Source of the DNA: an uncultured Verrucomicrobiae bacterium
Lineage (GTDB): Bacteria; Verrucomicrobiota; Verrucomicrobiia; Chthoniobacterales; JAFAMB01
Direction of reading: 5' to 3'
Length of the DNA stretch: 64,000 nt
Assembly (NCBI GenBank): GCA_963782115.1
Contig: CAWAIK010000001.1
Span: 32,001-96,000 of the forward strand
Each line of letters begins with the position of its first letter. Within the stretch, counting starts at the first letter, position 1. Position numbers and translations under genes: made by a program. The notes under the pieces were generated by a model, which saw only the letters and a list, made by a program, of their open reading frames with translations, had not been told where the DNA came from and ran no database searches. Positions 9,487 to 19,366 of the stretch are shown here, piece by piece.

Positions 9487-10617
9487 ATGCCAGTTGCCGA
9501 TAATCCTAATCTGAAGCCTACGCCGGATGACTTTCTAACAATCATCCGCCGGCAACAGCTCGGTAAGCTGAAGATCTACCTCGGGCCGTGTCCCGGAGTC
9601 GGCAAGACCTACCAAATGTTGCTCGAGGGAAACCGGCTTCGAAGACAGGGCGTGGATGTCGTGATTGGTTATGTCGAACCTCACAATCGCCCCGAAACCA
9701 GCGCACAGATCGGCGAATTGGAGATTGTTCCACCTCTGGTGGCGAAGTATCACGGGATCACCTTGAAGGAGATGGATCTCGACGCCGTCCTTGCCAGGAA
9801 GCCGACCGTGGCGCTGGTTGACGAGCTGGCACATACCAATGCGCCGCAAAGCCGGAATCGCAAGCGCTACGAAGATGTGCAGGATCTGCTGCGCGCTGGG
9901 ATCAACATTATTGCCACCGTCAATATCCAGCATTTCGAGTCGTTGTATAACATCGTTGAAGACGTGACCGGCGTTAAGGTCAAGGAGCGTGTACCCGATG
10001 AAGTTATTACCCAGGCGGACCAGGTCGTAAACATTGACTTGCCGGCGGAGGATCTTCTCGAGCGGCTTCAGGCGGGAAAGATTTACCCCAAAGAAAGAGT
10101 TGAAGCTGCACTGGCGAACTTTTTCACTTCCAAGAACTTGAGCCGCCTGCGGGAGATGACGCTAAGTGAGACGGCGAACATTCTTGATCGCAAGAACCGG
10201 GAGGGAGCCGAAACGGAGAGCAACTTCGGTGGCATCGGACAGGTCATGGTCGCAATCAGCAGCCGAGGGCCTGATCCCGGACGATTACTCCGAAAGACCG
10301 CGCGCCTTGCGGCACAGCTCAATGCACAATGGTATGCGGTTTACGTTCGTACGCCCAGCGAATCAGCGGTAAAGATTGATGCGACGGTCCAACGCCGGGT
10401 TGCCGATACACTCGAAGCAGCACAAAAAATGGGCGGTTTGGTGATCTCTCTTAAACATGAAAACGTGGCGCAGGCATTGATCTCATTTGCCAAGGAATAC
10501 GGCATCACTCATGTGGTGATTGGACGTCCGGGCAAAAAATCTCTTCGGTTGTTTAGCCGGGCGCTCCACGATGAATTAATCCAGGAGTTACCCGAGACAG
10601 ACCTGGTAATAATCTGA
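9487..10617 (+). CDS. kdpD: Stand-alone KdpD N-terminal domain plus USP domain (no TM or kinase domain)
   Basis: GKLKIYLGPCPGVGKTY, LVDELAHTN and NIQHFES, followed by a USP-like C-terminus. Confidence 0.92.
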   Translation: MPVADNPNLKPTPDDFLTIIRRQQLGKLKIYLGPCPGVGKTYQMLLEGNRLRRQGVDVVIGYVEPHNRPETSAQIGELEIVPPLVAKYHGITLKEMDLDAVLARKPTVALVDELAHTNAPQSRNRKRYEDVQDLLRAGINIIATVNIQHFESLYNIVEDVTGVKVKERVPDEVITQADQVVNIDLPAEDLLERLQAGKIYPKERVEAALANFFTSKNLSRLREMTLSETANILDRKNREGAETESNFGGIGQVMVAISSRGPDPGRLLRKTARLAAQLNAQWYAVYVRTPSESAVKIDATVQRRVADTLEAAQKMGGLVISLKHENVAQALISFAKEYGITHVVIGRPGKKSLRLFSRALHDELIQELPETDLVII

Positions 10618-10740
10618 TAGGAAGTTGTCAGCGCCAGTGTCAGTGTCAGTGCCAGTAGAGTTTACGGCTTCTGACGGAGGGGCTGCTCTACAGTTCGGCT
10701 GATCTAAGCGAAGTGGCCTCCTTGAAGCGTCCGGCTTCGC

Positions 10741-12273
10741 TTACCGCTTGAACGCGTTCAATACCAGGGAACCGGCGAAACTGATCATGATGTTCGCGCT
10801 CAGTGCGATCAAGCCGATGTAAATGGGGTAGGTTTGTCCCCCCAACTGGAGAGGGAAAACCGGTTTCAGCTGCATGGCCTCTGCCATCCATGTGCCGACA
10901 ATCACTCCCGCTAACCAACCCGCGAGCAGCCCTCGCGCATGAAGCGAAGTTCGGAACAGTCCAAACACCACAGCCGGGAAAATCTGCAGAATCCAGACGC
11001 CGCCCAGAAGCTGGAGATCGATAGCGTATTGAGTCGGAAGAAAAACAATGAATACCAGCGCGCCGAGCTTCACACCCAGAGAAACTATCTTGGCCATGGC
11101 TGATTCGCGTGCCGCATCCATCCTGGGATCAATGAATGCCTTCCAGATGTTGCGGGTAAAAAGGTTAGCCGCGCCAATCGACATGATGGCCGCCGGTACC
11201 AGCGCGCCGATTGCGATCGCCGCAAAACTGAACCCTACGAACCAGGCAGGGAACATCTTGATGAAGAGGTCAGGGACGACTCCAGTCGGCTTGTCCAGCT
11301 TGATGCCGGCAGCGATGGCCATGTATCCGAGCAAGCCGATCAGTCCCAGGAGGACAGTGTAAATCGGCAACAGGATCGCATTCTTGCGGACAGTGTCGGC
11401 ACTGGACGAACTCAGAACGCCAGTCATCGTATGCGGATACATGAAGGCCGCTAACGCAGAGCCAAGGGCCAACGTTGCGAATGGAAGCATTTGTGCCGGT
11501 TTGAGAATCAACCCGGCCGCGCCGCCTTTGGCCTGCAGCGCTTCCTGCGCGGCATGAAAGATCGCGCCATACCCACCCAGATGAAGCGGGATAACGGTTA
11601 CTGCCACAATCACGACGATGTAGATCATAACATCTTTCACAAAGGCAATCAATGCCGGCGCTCGCAAGCCGCTGGTATAGGTGTAGAAAGCGAGAATAAG
11701 GAAGGCGACGATGAGAGGGAGATCTCTGACAATCGTATCGAGCCAGGGAAATAGGGAAGCTAATCGGCTAACCCCGGGCGATAAACCGCTGCCGAATCCC
11801 AGTCCAGCTATGACGACCTGCATCCCGATCAGCTGGAGGGCAATGTAGGGCATAACGGCAATGATTCCTGTAATTGCTACCGCCAACCCGAGTGATTTGC
11901 TGGCATAGCGACCATGGACAAAATCCGCCGCGGTCACATAATCGTTATCGCGGCAGATTTTCCAAAGGCGTGGCATCGTGGCAAAGACGAGCGGATAAAC
12001 AATAATGGTGTACGGCAGTGCGAAGAAGCCGTAAGCGCCAACTGAATAAACCAGCGCAGGGACTGCGATCATCGTGTAGGCAGTATAAAAGTCCCCACCT
12101 ATCAGGAACCAGGTGATGGTCGTGCCGAACCGGCGGCCGCCGAGTCCCCATTCCTGCAGAAGGTTCAGATCGCCGGCCTTCCAGCGCGCAGCCACAAAGC
12201 CGAGGACCGTCACCAGCAGAAAAAAGAAGGCGAAGACGGTTGTAGCCGCCCAATCAATCTTGGTCGGGTTCAC
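10741..12273 (-). CDS. Sodium:solute symporter (MctP-like monocarboxylate transporter)
   Basis: EWGLGGRRFG, WFLIGGDFYTAYT and many TM helices. GTG start at 12273 overlaps the upstream stop (GTGA). Confidence 0.9.
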   Translation of the reverse strand: MNPTKIDWAATTVFAFFFLLVTVLGFVAARWKAGDLNLLQEWGLGGRRFGTTITWFLIGGDFYTAYTMIAVPALVYSVGAYGFFALPYTIIVYPLVFATMPRLWKICRDNDYVTAADFVHGRYASKSLGLAVAITGIIAVMPYIALQLIGMQVVIAGLGFGSGLSPGVSRLASLFPWLDTIVRDLPLIVAFLILAFYTYTSGLRAPALIAFVKDVMIYIVVIVAVTVIPLHLGGYGAIFHAAQEALQAKGGAAGLILKPAQMLPFATLALGSALAAFMYPHTMTGVLSSSSADTVRKNAILLPIYTVLLGLIGLLGYMAIAAGIKLDKPTGVVPDLFIKMFPAWFVGFSFAAIAIGALVPAAIMSIGAANLFTRNIWKAFIDPRMDAARESAMAKIVSLGVKLGALVFIVFLPTQYAIDLQLLGGVWILQIFPAVVFGLFRTSLHARGLLAGWLAGVIVGTWMAEAMQLKPVFPLQLGGQTYPIYIGLIALSANIMISFAGSLVLNAFKR

Positions 12274-12467
12274 CGGGTCTTGAGGTAGACAATGAAAATC
12301 AAGATCGACGTAATTGGGATCCAGAGGAATTGGTACCAATAAAAGAACGGGAACCCGAGGAGGGTAGGCTCATACGAGTTGTAGAATGGCACCCATAGCA
12401 AGGCGACAAAGGGCACGAGCAAGAGAAGAGCCCATAGGCCGAGCGATTTTTCGGGATTAGGAGCCAT
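12270..12467 (-). CDS. DUF3311 small membrane protein (SSS-associated)
   Basis: PFYNSYEPTLLGFPFFYWYQFLW motif, coupled to the SSS gene. Confidence 0.88.
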   Translation of the reverse strand: MAPNPEKSLGLWALLLLVPFVALLWVPFYNSYEPTLLGFPFFYWYQFLWIPITSILIFIVYLKTR

Positions 12468-12498
12468 TACTGAGCGGGCAGTTTAGGGAGGAACGCAA

Positions 12499-12577
12499 GG
12501 AGTTGCAAGAAGACAGGAGACAAGGGGAAGGAGTTCAGGAGTTGCAGGAGTTCGGGAGACGGAACTCAGGAGTCAGG
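12499..12577. repeat. Short tandem intergenic repeat (CAGGAGTT[G/C]-type)
   Basis: ggagttcaggagttgcaggagttcggg...caggagtcagg. Related tracts at ~19318-19366, 23776-23808, 23873-23899, 35220-35257 and 59493-59552. Confidence 0.8.
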
Positions 12578-12789
12578 TCGCGTCAAGTAAGCCCGCCCCC
12601 AGCGAAAGAAATGGAGCCAAGGAGGTACGCTACGTCGCAGCAGCGGCTCGACTGAGCTCGCCGAAGTCGCGCCGGCCCGGAAAAAGGCGATTGTGGGTAA
12701 GTCGCGAGTTGAGACCACTCGACTCCAGCGCCTATCGTTTGTCTTTCTGGCTTTGGCAATGATTGGCTTCACGTTTTTCAGAGCTCCGC

Positions 12790-12950
12790 GGCAAAGAATC
12801 TTGACCAAAGCGAATAGCAAACTGGGTGGCCGCCAGTTTCCAAGCGATCGGGGGGATTCTTCCATTTTTTGGTAATGTCGCGCAGGACCAAATAGATCAG
12901 CTTAGTGGCGGCTTCATCGCTGGGGAAATGGCCCCTGGCTTTGAGCACCC
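12790..12950 (-). mobile_element. IS256-family transposase C-terminal fragment
   Basis: Hand translation VLKARGHFPSDEAATKLIYLVLRDITKKWKNPPIAWKLAATQFAIRFG matches the IS256 C-terminal pattern. Confidence 0.8.
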
Positions 12951-13363
12951 ATAAGCGCTAAGACAAGAAGGTTTTGGAACGATCTATTGGCTTGCAAGGC
13001 TGGCAAGCATTAAGAACGAGTAATCCACATATTTGCGATGGTTTTATGCCCCGCAGGAGCGAGTGCATCGTCTCATAAGTGAGAGGCATACCGCCGTCGG
13101 CGATTTGGCCGATTTTCAAGGCGCGAGCGACGAGCAATCCTGAGATCCGTACGCGAGGAGTCCGGCGGCGTATCTGTTTAGCGTCCTGTCCCAATCCTTC
13201 TCGTCCTCGTCGTCGTCCTTCGTCCTCGGTCGTTTTTTGGGGTGATACGACCGAAACTCCCGTCGCTTGCTTTCTCCATTCATCCTTCTTCCATCCTGCA
13301 AACTGCCTCGATCCCTCAGCGAGGACGAAGGACGACGACAAGGACGTTAAAGATGCGAAAGGC

Positions 13364-13478
13364 CGGGGCAAATAGGAGTTAAAGTCTCTAAGGACGCCTT
13401 TTGAGGCCCAAAAGGGCGGGGCAAATAGGAGTTAAAGTTTCTAGGAGAAATCACGCCCGGGGCAAATAGGAGTTAAAG
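13364..13478. repeat. Three exact 21-bp direct repeats CGGGGCAAATAGGAGTTAAAG (iteron-like)
   Basis: Copies at 13364-13384, 13417-13437 and 13458-13478, with spacers of 32 and 20 bp. Confidence 0.9.
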
Positions 13479-13990
13479 ATCGCTGTTTGGAACGCGTAAG
13501 TTATTCTCAGAGCGCTTCTTGTGGATTTGACCCCCTTCCCTATCCTTTTCTTTATCCCCTTTATCCACTACTTAGAAAACCGCTCACGAGCTCGCCAAGG
13601 CGTCAGAAAAGAGGCAGTCAGTGTCTCGCTATCGCCCGCATGAAAAGAAAATGTCTCCCCCCGTTCAAGGGTCGTCCTACGGAACCTGCCAACCAGTTGA
13701 TAGCCCGCTGCGACCACCGCTTTTATTTTCACAAAACACCCGCAAACTGGCCCCTTGCCCGGCCTGCCCTCGGCCGGGAATGGCCATCACCTCATACGCG
13801 AGATGAACACGGTTCACGAGACCCGAAGAAGGTAACAATCAGGAGATTTGCCTTTGGGGACTAACCTTGCCAGGTGCTCCGGATCTCGTCTGCCGCCCCT
13901 GATCCGCTCACACGCCAGCCGAGAGGCCACGTCCGAAAACACACAAACCGCACTAAAAGAGCGCTTTTTACTAAAATACGCTTTCACTAA

Positions 13991-14330
13991 ATGGCCGACT
14001 GCAGCATGCCGGACAACATCAAGAGCCTGATCTGGCTCACCGATCCCCATCTTGAATTCTGCAGTCATCAGACGCGGCACGATCTCTATCGGTCCATCAA
14101 CCAGGCACCCGGCGACACCGTGGTAATCACAGGCGACCTCTCGGCGGGCGCTCACAGATGGGCCCAATAACGGCGAACTGGCCGAGCACGTCAGAAAGCC
14201 AGTCTACTTTGTCCTCGGCAACCACGATCGCTACGGCACGACGTTCGCGAACGCAGAAGCCGTTGTGGACCGCGGCTTCCCCGAAATCAGCAAGACGATC
14301 CAACTCGACCGCCTGGGCTCGAAAGAATAA
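13991..14330 (+). pseudogene. Calcineurin-like metallophosphoesterase, frameshifted and truncated
   Basis: WLTDPHL and ITGDLS in one frame, then VYFVLGNHD in another frame. Confidence 0.75.
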
Positions 14331-14537
14331 GTGTTTCCAATATACCAACGTGGAAACACTTTATGAGGGTTTTGGCGCGGTCCAGCGTAAGATTGCCAAG
14401 GTTTTAGCCGAGAGTACTGATGATGCGTTTCGGGTCGATGCTCGATGCGCAAAAGCAGGAACGCGCAGCGACGGTGGCAATGTTGCGGAACCTGAACTCA
14501 GAACTTCTGAACTTGGCTCGGCCCCACTAAGGGAGTG

Positions 14538-15020
14538 TCACGCGGAGTAAGGCTGCAATCGAACGTTCCCCGGCAAATACAACGGATGCCGCGGTTGTCC
14601 ATCGCTGGTGACTCCAAGGCAATTGAGACCGAAGGGCGCGAGTAATTCCAAAATGCTCTCGGCGCGTCCCAGGTGCGTTCCGTGACCGCCCCAACAACAG
14701 ACGACGGCCGCCGCGGCCTCGCACACTTTCACGATGTGGTGATCATTCATTGGACCAACTGGGTCCTGGTGCTTGAGCATCACCTGCGGATCAGTCGAGA
14801 CCAACGCGAAGAGGTTGAGCATTACAAACCGCTGAAGGCCGAGCTGCTTAGTGAAGCCCAGAATTCTGCGCAAGGTCGGGTCGAGTTGTTGCTCGTCCGC
14901 TACCGAAGGATTGAGGCCGATCCAGGCGGCGTAGCCTTTCGAAGTGGAGAACAAATCGCCATCATCGTGATCGAGAGCATATCGGTATTTCCGGCAATCG
15001 CTGAAGATGCAGGCGTTCAC
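14538..15020 (-). CDS. DUF1643 family protein
   Basis: FSDCRKYRY, IGLNPSVAD, DPTLRR, NLFAL and PRHPLY motifs. Confidence 0.88.
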   Translation of the reverse strand: MNACIFSDCRKYRYALDHDDGDLFSTSKGYAAWIGLNPSVADEQQLDPTLRRILGFTKQLGLQRFVMLNLFALVSTDPQVMLKHQDPVGPMNDHHIVKVCEAAAAVVCCWGGHGTHLGRAESILELLAPFGLNCLGVTSDGQPRHPLYLPGNVRLQPYSA

Positions 15021-17280
15021 ATGCTAATGTCCATTCCTCTGTCGATTTCAGGTATCGCGCGCTCTATTCCCCTCCCCCGGTTCAAATCGATCATCTTCTC
15101 CGCTTCCATCTGCATCTGTTTCGTGATCTCCGCGTAGTTGTGCTCGCCGACCAACTCCAACCCTGAAAGCCGTTCACTCGGCCGGCAGACGGCCTCCCGG
15201 AGTGCCGGCATGCAATCGGTGAACAAATGCATCGACTGGCGGGCGCGGGACATGGTGACGTAAAACTGCGCTTCGTTGACTTGGGAGAAGGCGTCGACTG
15301 GGACGCTGGCAATCAATTGGTCGACGGTCTTGCCTTGGGACGCAAAGCTCGTCACCACAATTCCTTGGTCAACGTGCAGCGGTCCGGAGCGCTTTATCAG
15401 CCGGCCATCCCCGAGCGTGATGTTGTCCTGGTCAACCGCGGTGATTGCACACAATTCGTTGTTTCTGAATTGTTGCCCGACTTCCCGAAAATTCCGCGTG
15501 ATTCTGATCGTGTCACCTGCAGCCAGCTCTAAACGATTCTGGTCGTAGATTTCGAAATGCACCGTCGCGATCGCCTGCAAGCGCTCTGCGTTGTCGTCCA
15601 CTTCGTGAAGGGCGCCATACGCCTGCAGCTTGTCAAAGCCCTGCTCGGTCCGACCGTGAGACAGTTCGTACATCGCGGAACGCAAAGCCGGGACTTGCTG
15701 GCGAAAGATCTTCGAGAGTGATGCCTGGCGGACAGCTCCCGCCCACTCCAGGATCCGCAACGCATCGCCAGATTCAACGCCGTGATGCTGTCGGGTGTCG
15801 CCAGAAAGAATCAGCCGGCAACCGTTCGCCTTAGCAAAGTCGAAAACCCGCTTCATCTGTTTTACGCTCATGAACGACGCCTCGTCGATCCAGATGATCT
15901 GGCCGGCTACTTGTTCTTGCATCAGAGGATTGCGCTCAAGCTGCGTAAAGCCTTCCTTGACCACTCTTTGACGCCCGACCTTGAAGGTGAAAACATCATC
16001 ACCTTTCGACCTGAAAGAGCCTCGAGCGCTTGGACAGCCTCCCGAGCCATTGAGGTCTTCCCGGCACCTGCAGGTCCTCGCACCGATACAGCAAAGTCTC
16101 GCGATTGCAGAAGGTGCTCCACTGCGGCCGCCTGCCCCTTGGCCACCGCTACAGCTGGATTGCGCATCACCCAGGCGCCACCGCGGCCGAGCTGCTCGAA
16201 CTTGTCCTGGCCGGCTCGAGCGGTTTCGACGATCGTCCACTCGTCTGCGAGGACCTCGCGGGTAGTAAGCAGTTTCTCGCGCGGACGAATGAATCGCGGA
16301 TCCTGCCCGGACCAGCGTTCGGCTTGCTGCGGGCTGACCTGGCCGATTCCACGTCGCAGGAGGTGCGCCGCTGCGTCGAGCGTTCGCACGACGGAGATCC
16401 GTTCGAAAAGGTGAGAGATTGAAAACTCCTCCGCGACGGGTCGATCAAGGAGGTGCTCACATCGCGCGCCCATCACGTGCCCATCACGGCTTCCCGTTTC
16501 AGACTCGCAATTTCCTCGGCCGTCATCTGGGCGCGCCAGTTCGCCAGCTGATCATCGGGAGCCAGCACCGCCGCCGACTTCGATTCCCTGGTCCGATAGC
16601 CGATCTCGGCCCGAACGACCTCAAAAGCATCTCCGAAGTCCATGCCGGTCTTTTTCATGAGCAAGCGTGCTTTGGCGGTCAGCATCGCGTGATGCTTTTT
16701 CGCGAAGTCTTCGATCAACTGCGTGCGCTTCGAAAACTTCTCGATCAGTTCACGGCCCACGCTTGCCAGCTCGAAATTCCGATCTGTGCGCCGGATGCCG
16801 TAGCCAGCCTCGACCAACTTTGTCGCCAGTCGGGCGTTAAATGCAGCTTCGTAAAAAGCAGCATTCCTTTTGGCGTTTACAAATTGCCCTGCTTTCCAAA
16901 CCCCCTCTACCGGGTCAAAGGTAGCGTTAAAGACGAAGGGTGGATGTGATAATGCGGATCCGGGATGCCGTCCACTGGCCGGGTTTCCCGGTGGGTGAAG
17001 CAGCCGTACACCAGGTTGCCTGTCGTCCGATCTTCTTGAGCGCCGCCCTTGCGCACACGGCATTCGATGCGCGCCTCGATATCGCCCATCGTCTCCCGAA
17101 ACGCATCCTGGATCATGGCTTCAACGGCCTTGTCGTCGCTAAGTGCAAGATAACAGCGAAACGGACTTAGGAATCGCACAGCAAAAGTCGTATCCTGGCC
17201 GGCGATCTTCTTTGTTCCGTTGCGTCAACGTCTCCTTGGTCCCCGGGCTAAGACGGCTGCCAAGCGCATCCAACGTAACG
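15017..17280 (-). pseudogene. MOB-F (TrwC-like) relaxase-helicase with multiple frameshifts and deletions
   Basis: RRPGYDF..IPKSVS, FTHRETRP...DPHYHIH (HUH), FSKRT, GPAGAGKT, WIDEAS, SGDTRQH, SQGKTVD and YVTMSRAR, spread over at least four frame segments. Confidence 0.88.
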
Positions 17281-17829
17281 ACTTTTGTGCGCAGCAAAGG
17301 GGCGATCTAACTATTGGCCAAATCAAACTCGCCGACGGTCGGGATAATCATTAGCCCCGGCACTCTCAAGCTTGGTCCTCCTTCAATGTCCCAAGAGGGC
17401 GGGAACGCTCTAGTGCCGATCCAAGACGCGCGCTGATATAATTTGCACCAGGTTTCGTGGTGGAACTGGCCTTTACCGAGTCATTTGACTCAGCAAATAC
17501 TAACCACAATGTTAGGTTAGTTAAATCTATACTCCAGTCGTGGTCAATCAGCGGGTAGGGGAAGAGTCTAGATCCATCGCTCACAATCAAGGAGTCCAAA
17601 TGAAAGAGCCTGCTTTTCTTCACGCGTAGCACGCACTCGGGGAAATATGAGTTTCCTCGTGGTCTCAACTCCGCAGACGCTAAAAGCTTGGGGTTAGAGT
17701 GTTTCCGCTGCAGCGCGCCTATTCTCTGGGTCCTGGCAACGGGCAACCCCTACTATCGAGAACCTTTTCTACCCTTGTAAGTGTTTCATCGTAAAGAAGG
17801 CCTTCCAGCTTGAGGCAGGGTGGGAGAGC

Positions 17830-18020
17830 GTTCGCAACATGAGCAAAGCTAGTGTATCGCGATAACTTCTTTGGGTATTACGTGCCAGATTGCGCTCGGC
17901 TACCATGTTCCAGCAGGAAGCGTCTGACCCAGCTGCCCAGTAGGGTGGCATTACTCATTTGATCCCTCCCGGGCATAGTGTTCGAACCGCTTGTTGGCCT
18001 CCTGCAATGGCGGCGGTCAA
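17830..18020 (-). mobile_element. RIT-type (recombinase trio) integrase junction fragment
   Basis: ...LQEANKRFEHYA (end of one recombinase) overlaps MSNATLLGSWVRRFLLEH / VAERNLARNTQRSYRDTL (start of the next, frameshifted). Confidence 0.65.
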
Positions 18021-18104
18021 GGCAAGCCAGAAGTGTCGTAAAAATATGACACTAACGCAGGAGAAAGATTTGAGCTATCGTCAGATCTATGCGACACATG
18101 AGAA

Positions 18105-18305
18105 ATGGCCACAGAAGAGGTAGAGAGCTTAATCAACGAACTAAAGGAGTTAAACGCTAAAGGGATCAGCCAAGCGAAGATCGCTCGGATGCTCGGAGTA
18201 ACGCGACAACGGGTTCACGATTGGTTCAGCGGACGGTCAACGCCAACCTTCGATGCTGGCCTGAAAATCCAGGGTCTTCTCAAGGGTCGAGGGCTGCGCA
18301 AATGA
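18105..18305 (+). CDS. Cro/XRE-type HTH protein
   Basis: GISQAKIARMLGVTRQRVHDWFSGRSTP. Confidence 0.8.
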   Translation: MATEEVESLINELKELNAKGISQAKIARMLGVTRQRVHDWFSGRSTPTFDAGLKIQGLLKGRGLRK

Positions 18306-18584
18306 TCGACACTCTGAAACTCTCCAAGGGGCTGCAAAAGGCAGGGATGACCGAAGCGGAATCACGGAGGCGCTCAAATGAAACTGGCCGAGATCGAAGA
18401 TGCTGGGGTACTAGCGACCAAGCAGGATTTACAGCTCATGGCTGAACGCTTGGAAAATCTTTTTCACAAGGAACTTCTTGCAGCCACCAGGTGGGCGATA
18501 ATCGTCCTTATTGGTTTTGCTGGAGTTATCCTCGGTGGCGTTTATTTCATGCTGGCCCACTTCAAGCCCTCCAGTGGATGCTAG
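18302..18584 (+). pseudogene. DUF1640-like coiled-coil/TM protein, disrupted
   Basis: MIDTLKLSKGLQKAGMTE in one frame, LATKQDL...RW plus a C-terminal TM helix in another. Confidence 0.5.
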
Positions 18585-18718
18585 CGCTAGCGTGGATGAT
18601 CGTCGATATTAAGGGTCATCCAATCATCAGCGGTCTCTGCACCGGGGTTCTCATGTTCGTGCCGATATACGGAATAGGGACCTTACTGTTCATTCTAACG
18701 GGACACTGGAAGCCGTGA
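18578..18718 (+). CDS. Small hypothetical membrane protein
   Basis: 46-aa hydrophobic ORF in a tightly packed co-oriented run. Confidence 0.3.
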   Translation: MLALAWMIVDIKGHPIISGLCTGVLMFVPIYGIGTLLFILTGHWKP

Positions 18719-18728
18719 CGCTCGACGA

Positions 18729-19043
18729 ATGAACGAAGAATTCGAAAAGCGATTCGATGCTGGGGAAGATCCTAAATCGTTGCGGTTTGACCTGGATAAT
18801 GCAGTCGTAGAAGAGCCGGAAACCCAAACGCTCAACGTCATTGAACCTGCCACCAGGCGCGTGCTTGGGACAATCGAGGCGGATATCTTCCGATCCGACA
18901 AGCTCCTTTACGGCGCCGGTTCACATGGTTGGAGGGCATGGGAGACGCTCACCGAACGAGAGCGCGCGGAGTTCGGGCTCGAGCAGGAGGATCCGGTCCA
19001 CTTCGAGCGGGCCCAGAAGACCAGGGATATGGACTCGCGATGA
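18729..19043 (+). CDS. Hypothetical protein
   Basis: 104-aa acidic ORF with protein-like composition in a co-oriented run. Confidence 0.45.
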   Translation: MNEEFEKRFDAGEDPKSLRFDLDNAVVEEPETQTLNVIEPATRRVLGTIEADIFRSDKLLYGAGSHGWRAWETLTERERAEFGLEQEDPVHFERAQKTRDMDSR

Positions 19044-19110
19044 GGCTTATGCCTACTATCGGCCATCAATCAGCAGGACTTACGCTATAGCAGCGTCTCC
19101 CCAAGCGAAA

Positions 19111-19272
19111 ATGCCCGACGAAGGTCAGCTCGAATTGCTCGCGCCGTGGTATACCCAAAACACGAGCGAATCACGGACTCTGGAGCTGTTCGACGCTATC
19201 CGGAAGTATCCGTTTGCGGTTACGACCACGGTTCCGAAGCCCGAACGCCTTGATACTCTGCGCCGGCATTGA
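19111..19272 (+). pseudogene. Possible replication-initiator N-terminal remnant
   Basis: QLELL...SRTLELFDAIRKYPF loosely resembles plasmid Rep N-termini and is truncated at the element edge. Confidence 0.25.
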
Positions 19273-19366
19273 GCAATGGCCGGGATCCTTTTTCCCAAAG
19301 GCCCTTGCTCAAAGTCCTCCTGACTTCCAACTCCCGAACTCCTGAACTCCTGAACTGCTGCCTCTC

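Noticed and set aside
13364..13478. CRISPR array
   Set aside because: Only three 21-bp non-palindromic repeats, unequal spacers (32 and 20 bp) and no cas genes in the window
17366..17746. 126-aa ORF inside the mobile remnant
   Set aside because: No recognisable family; likely decayed sequence
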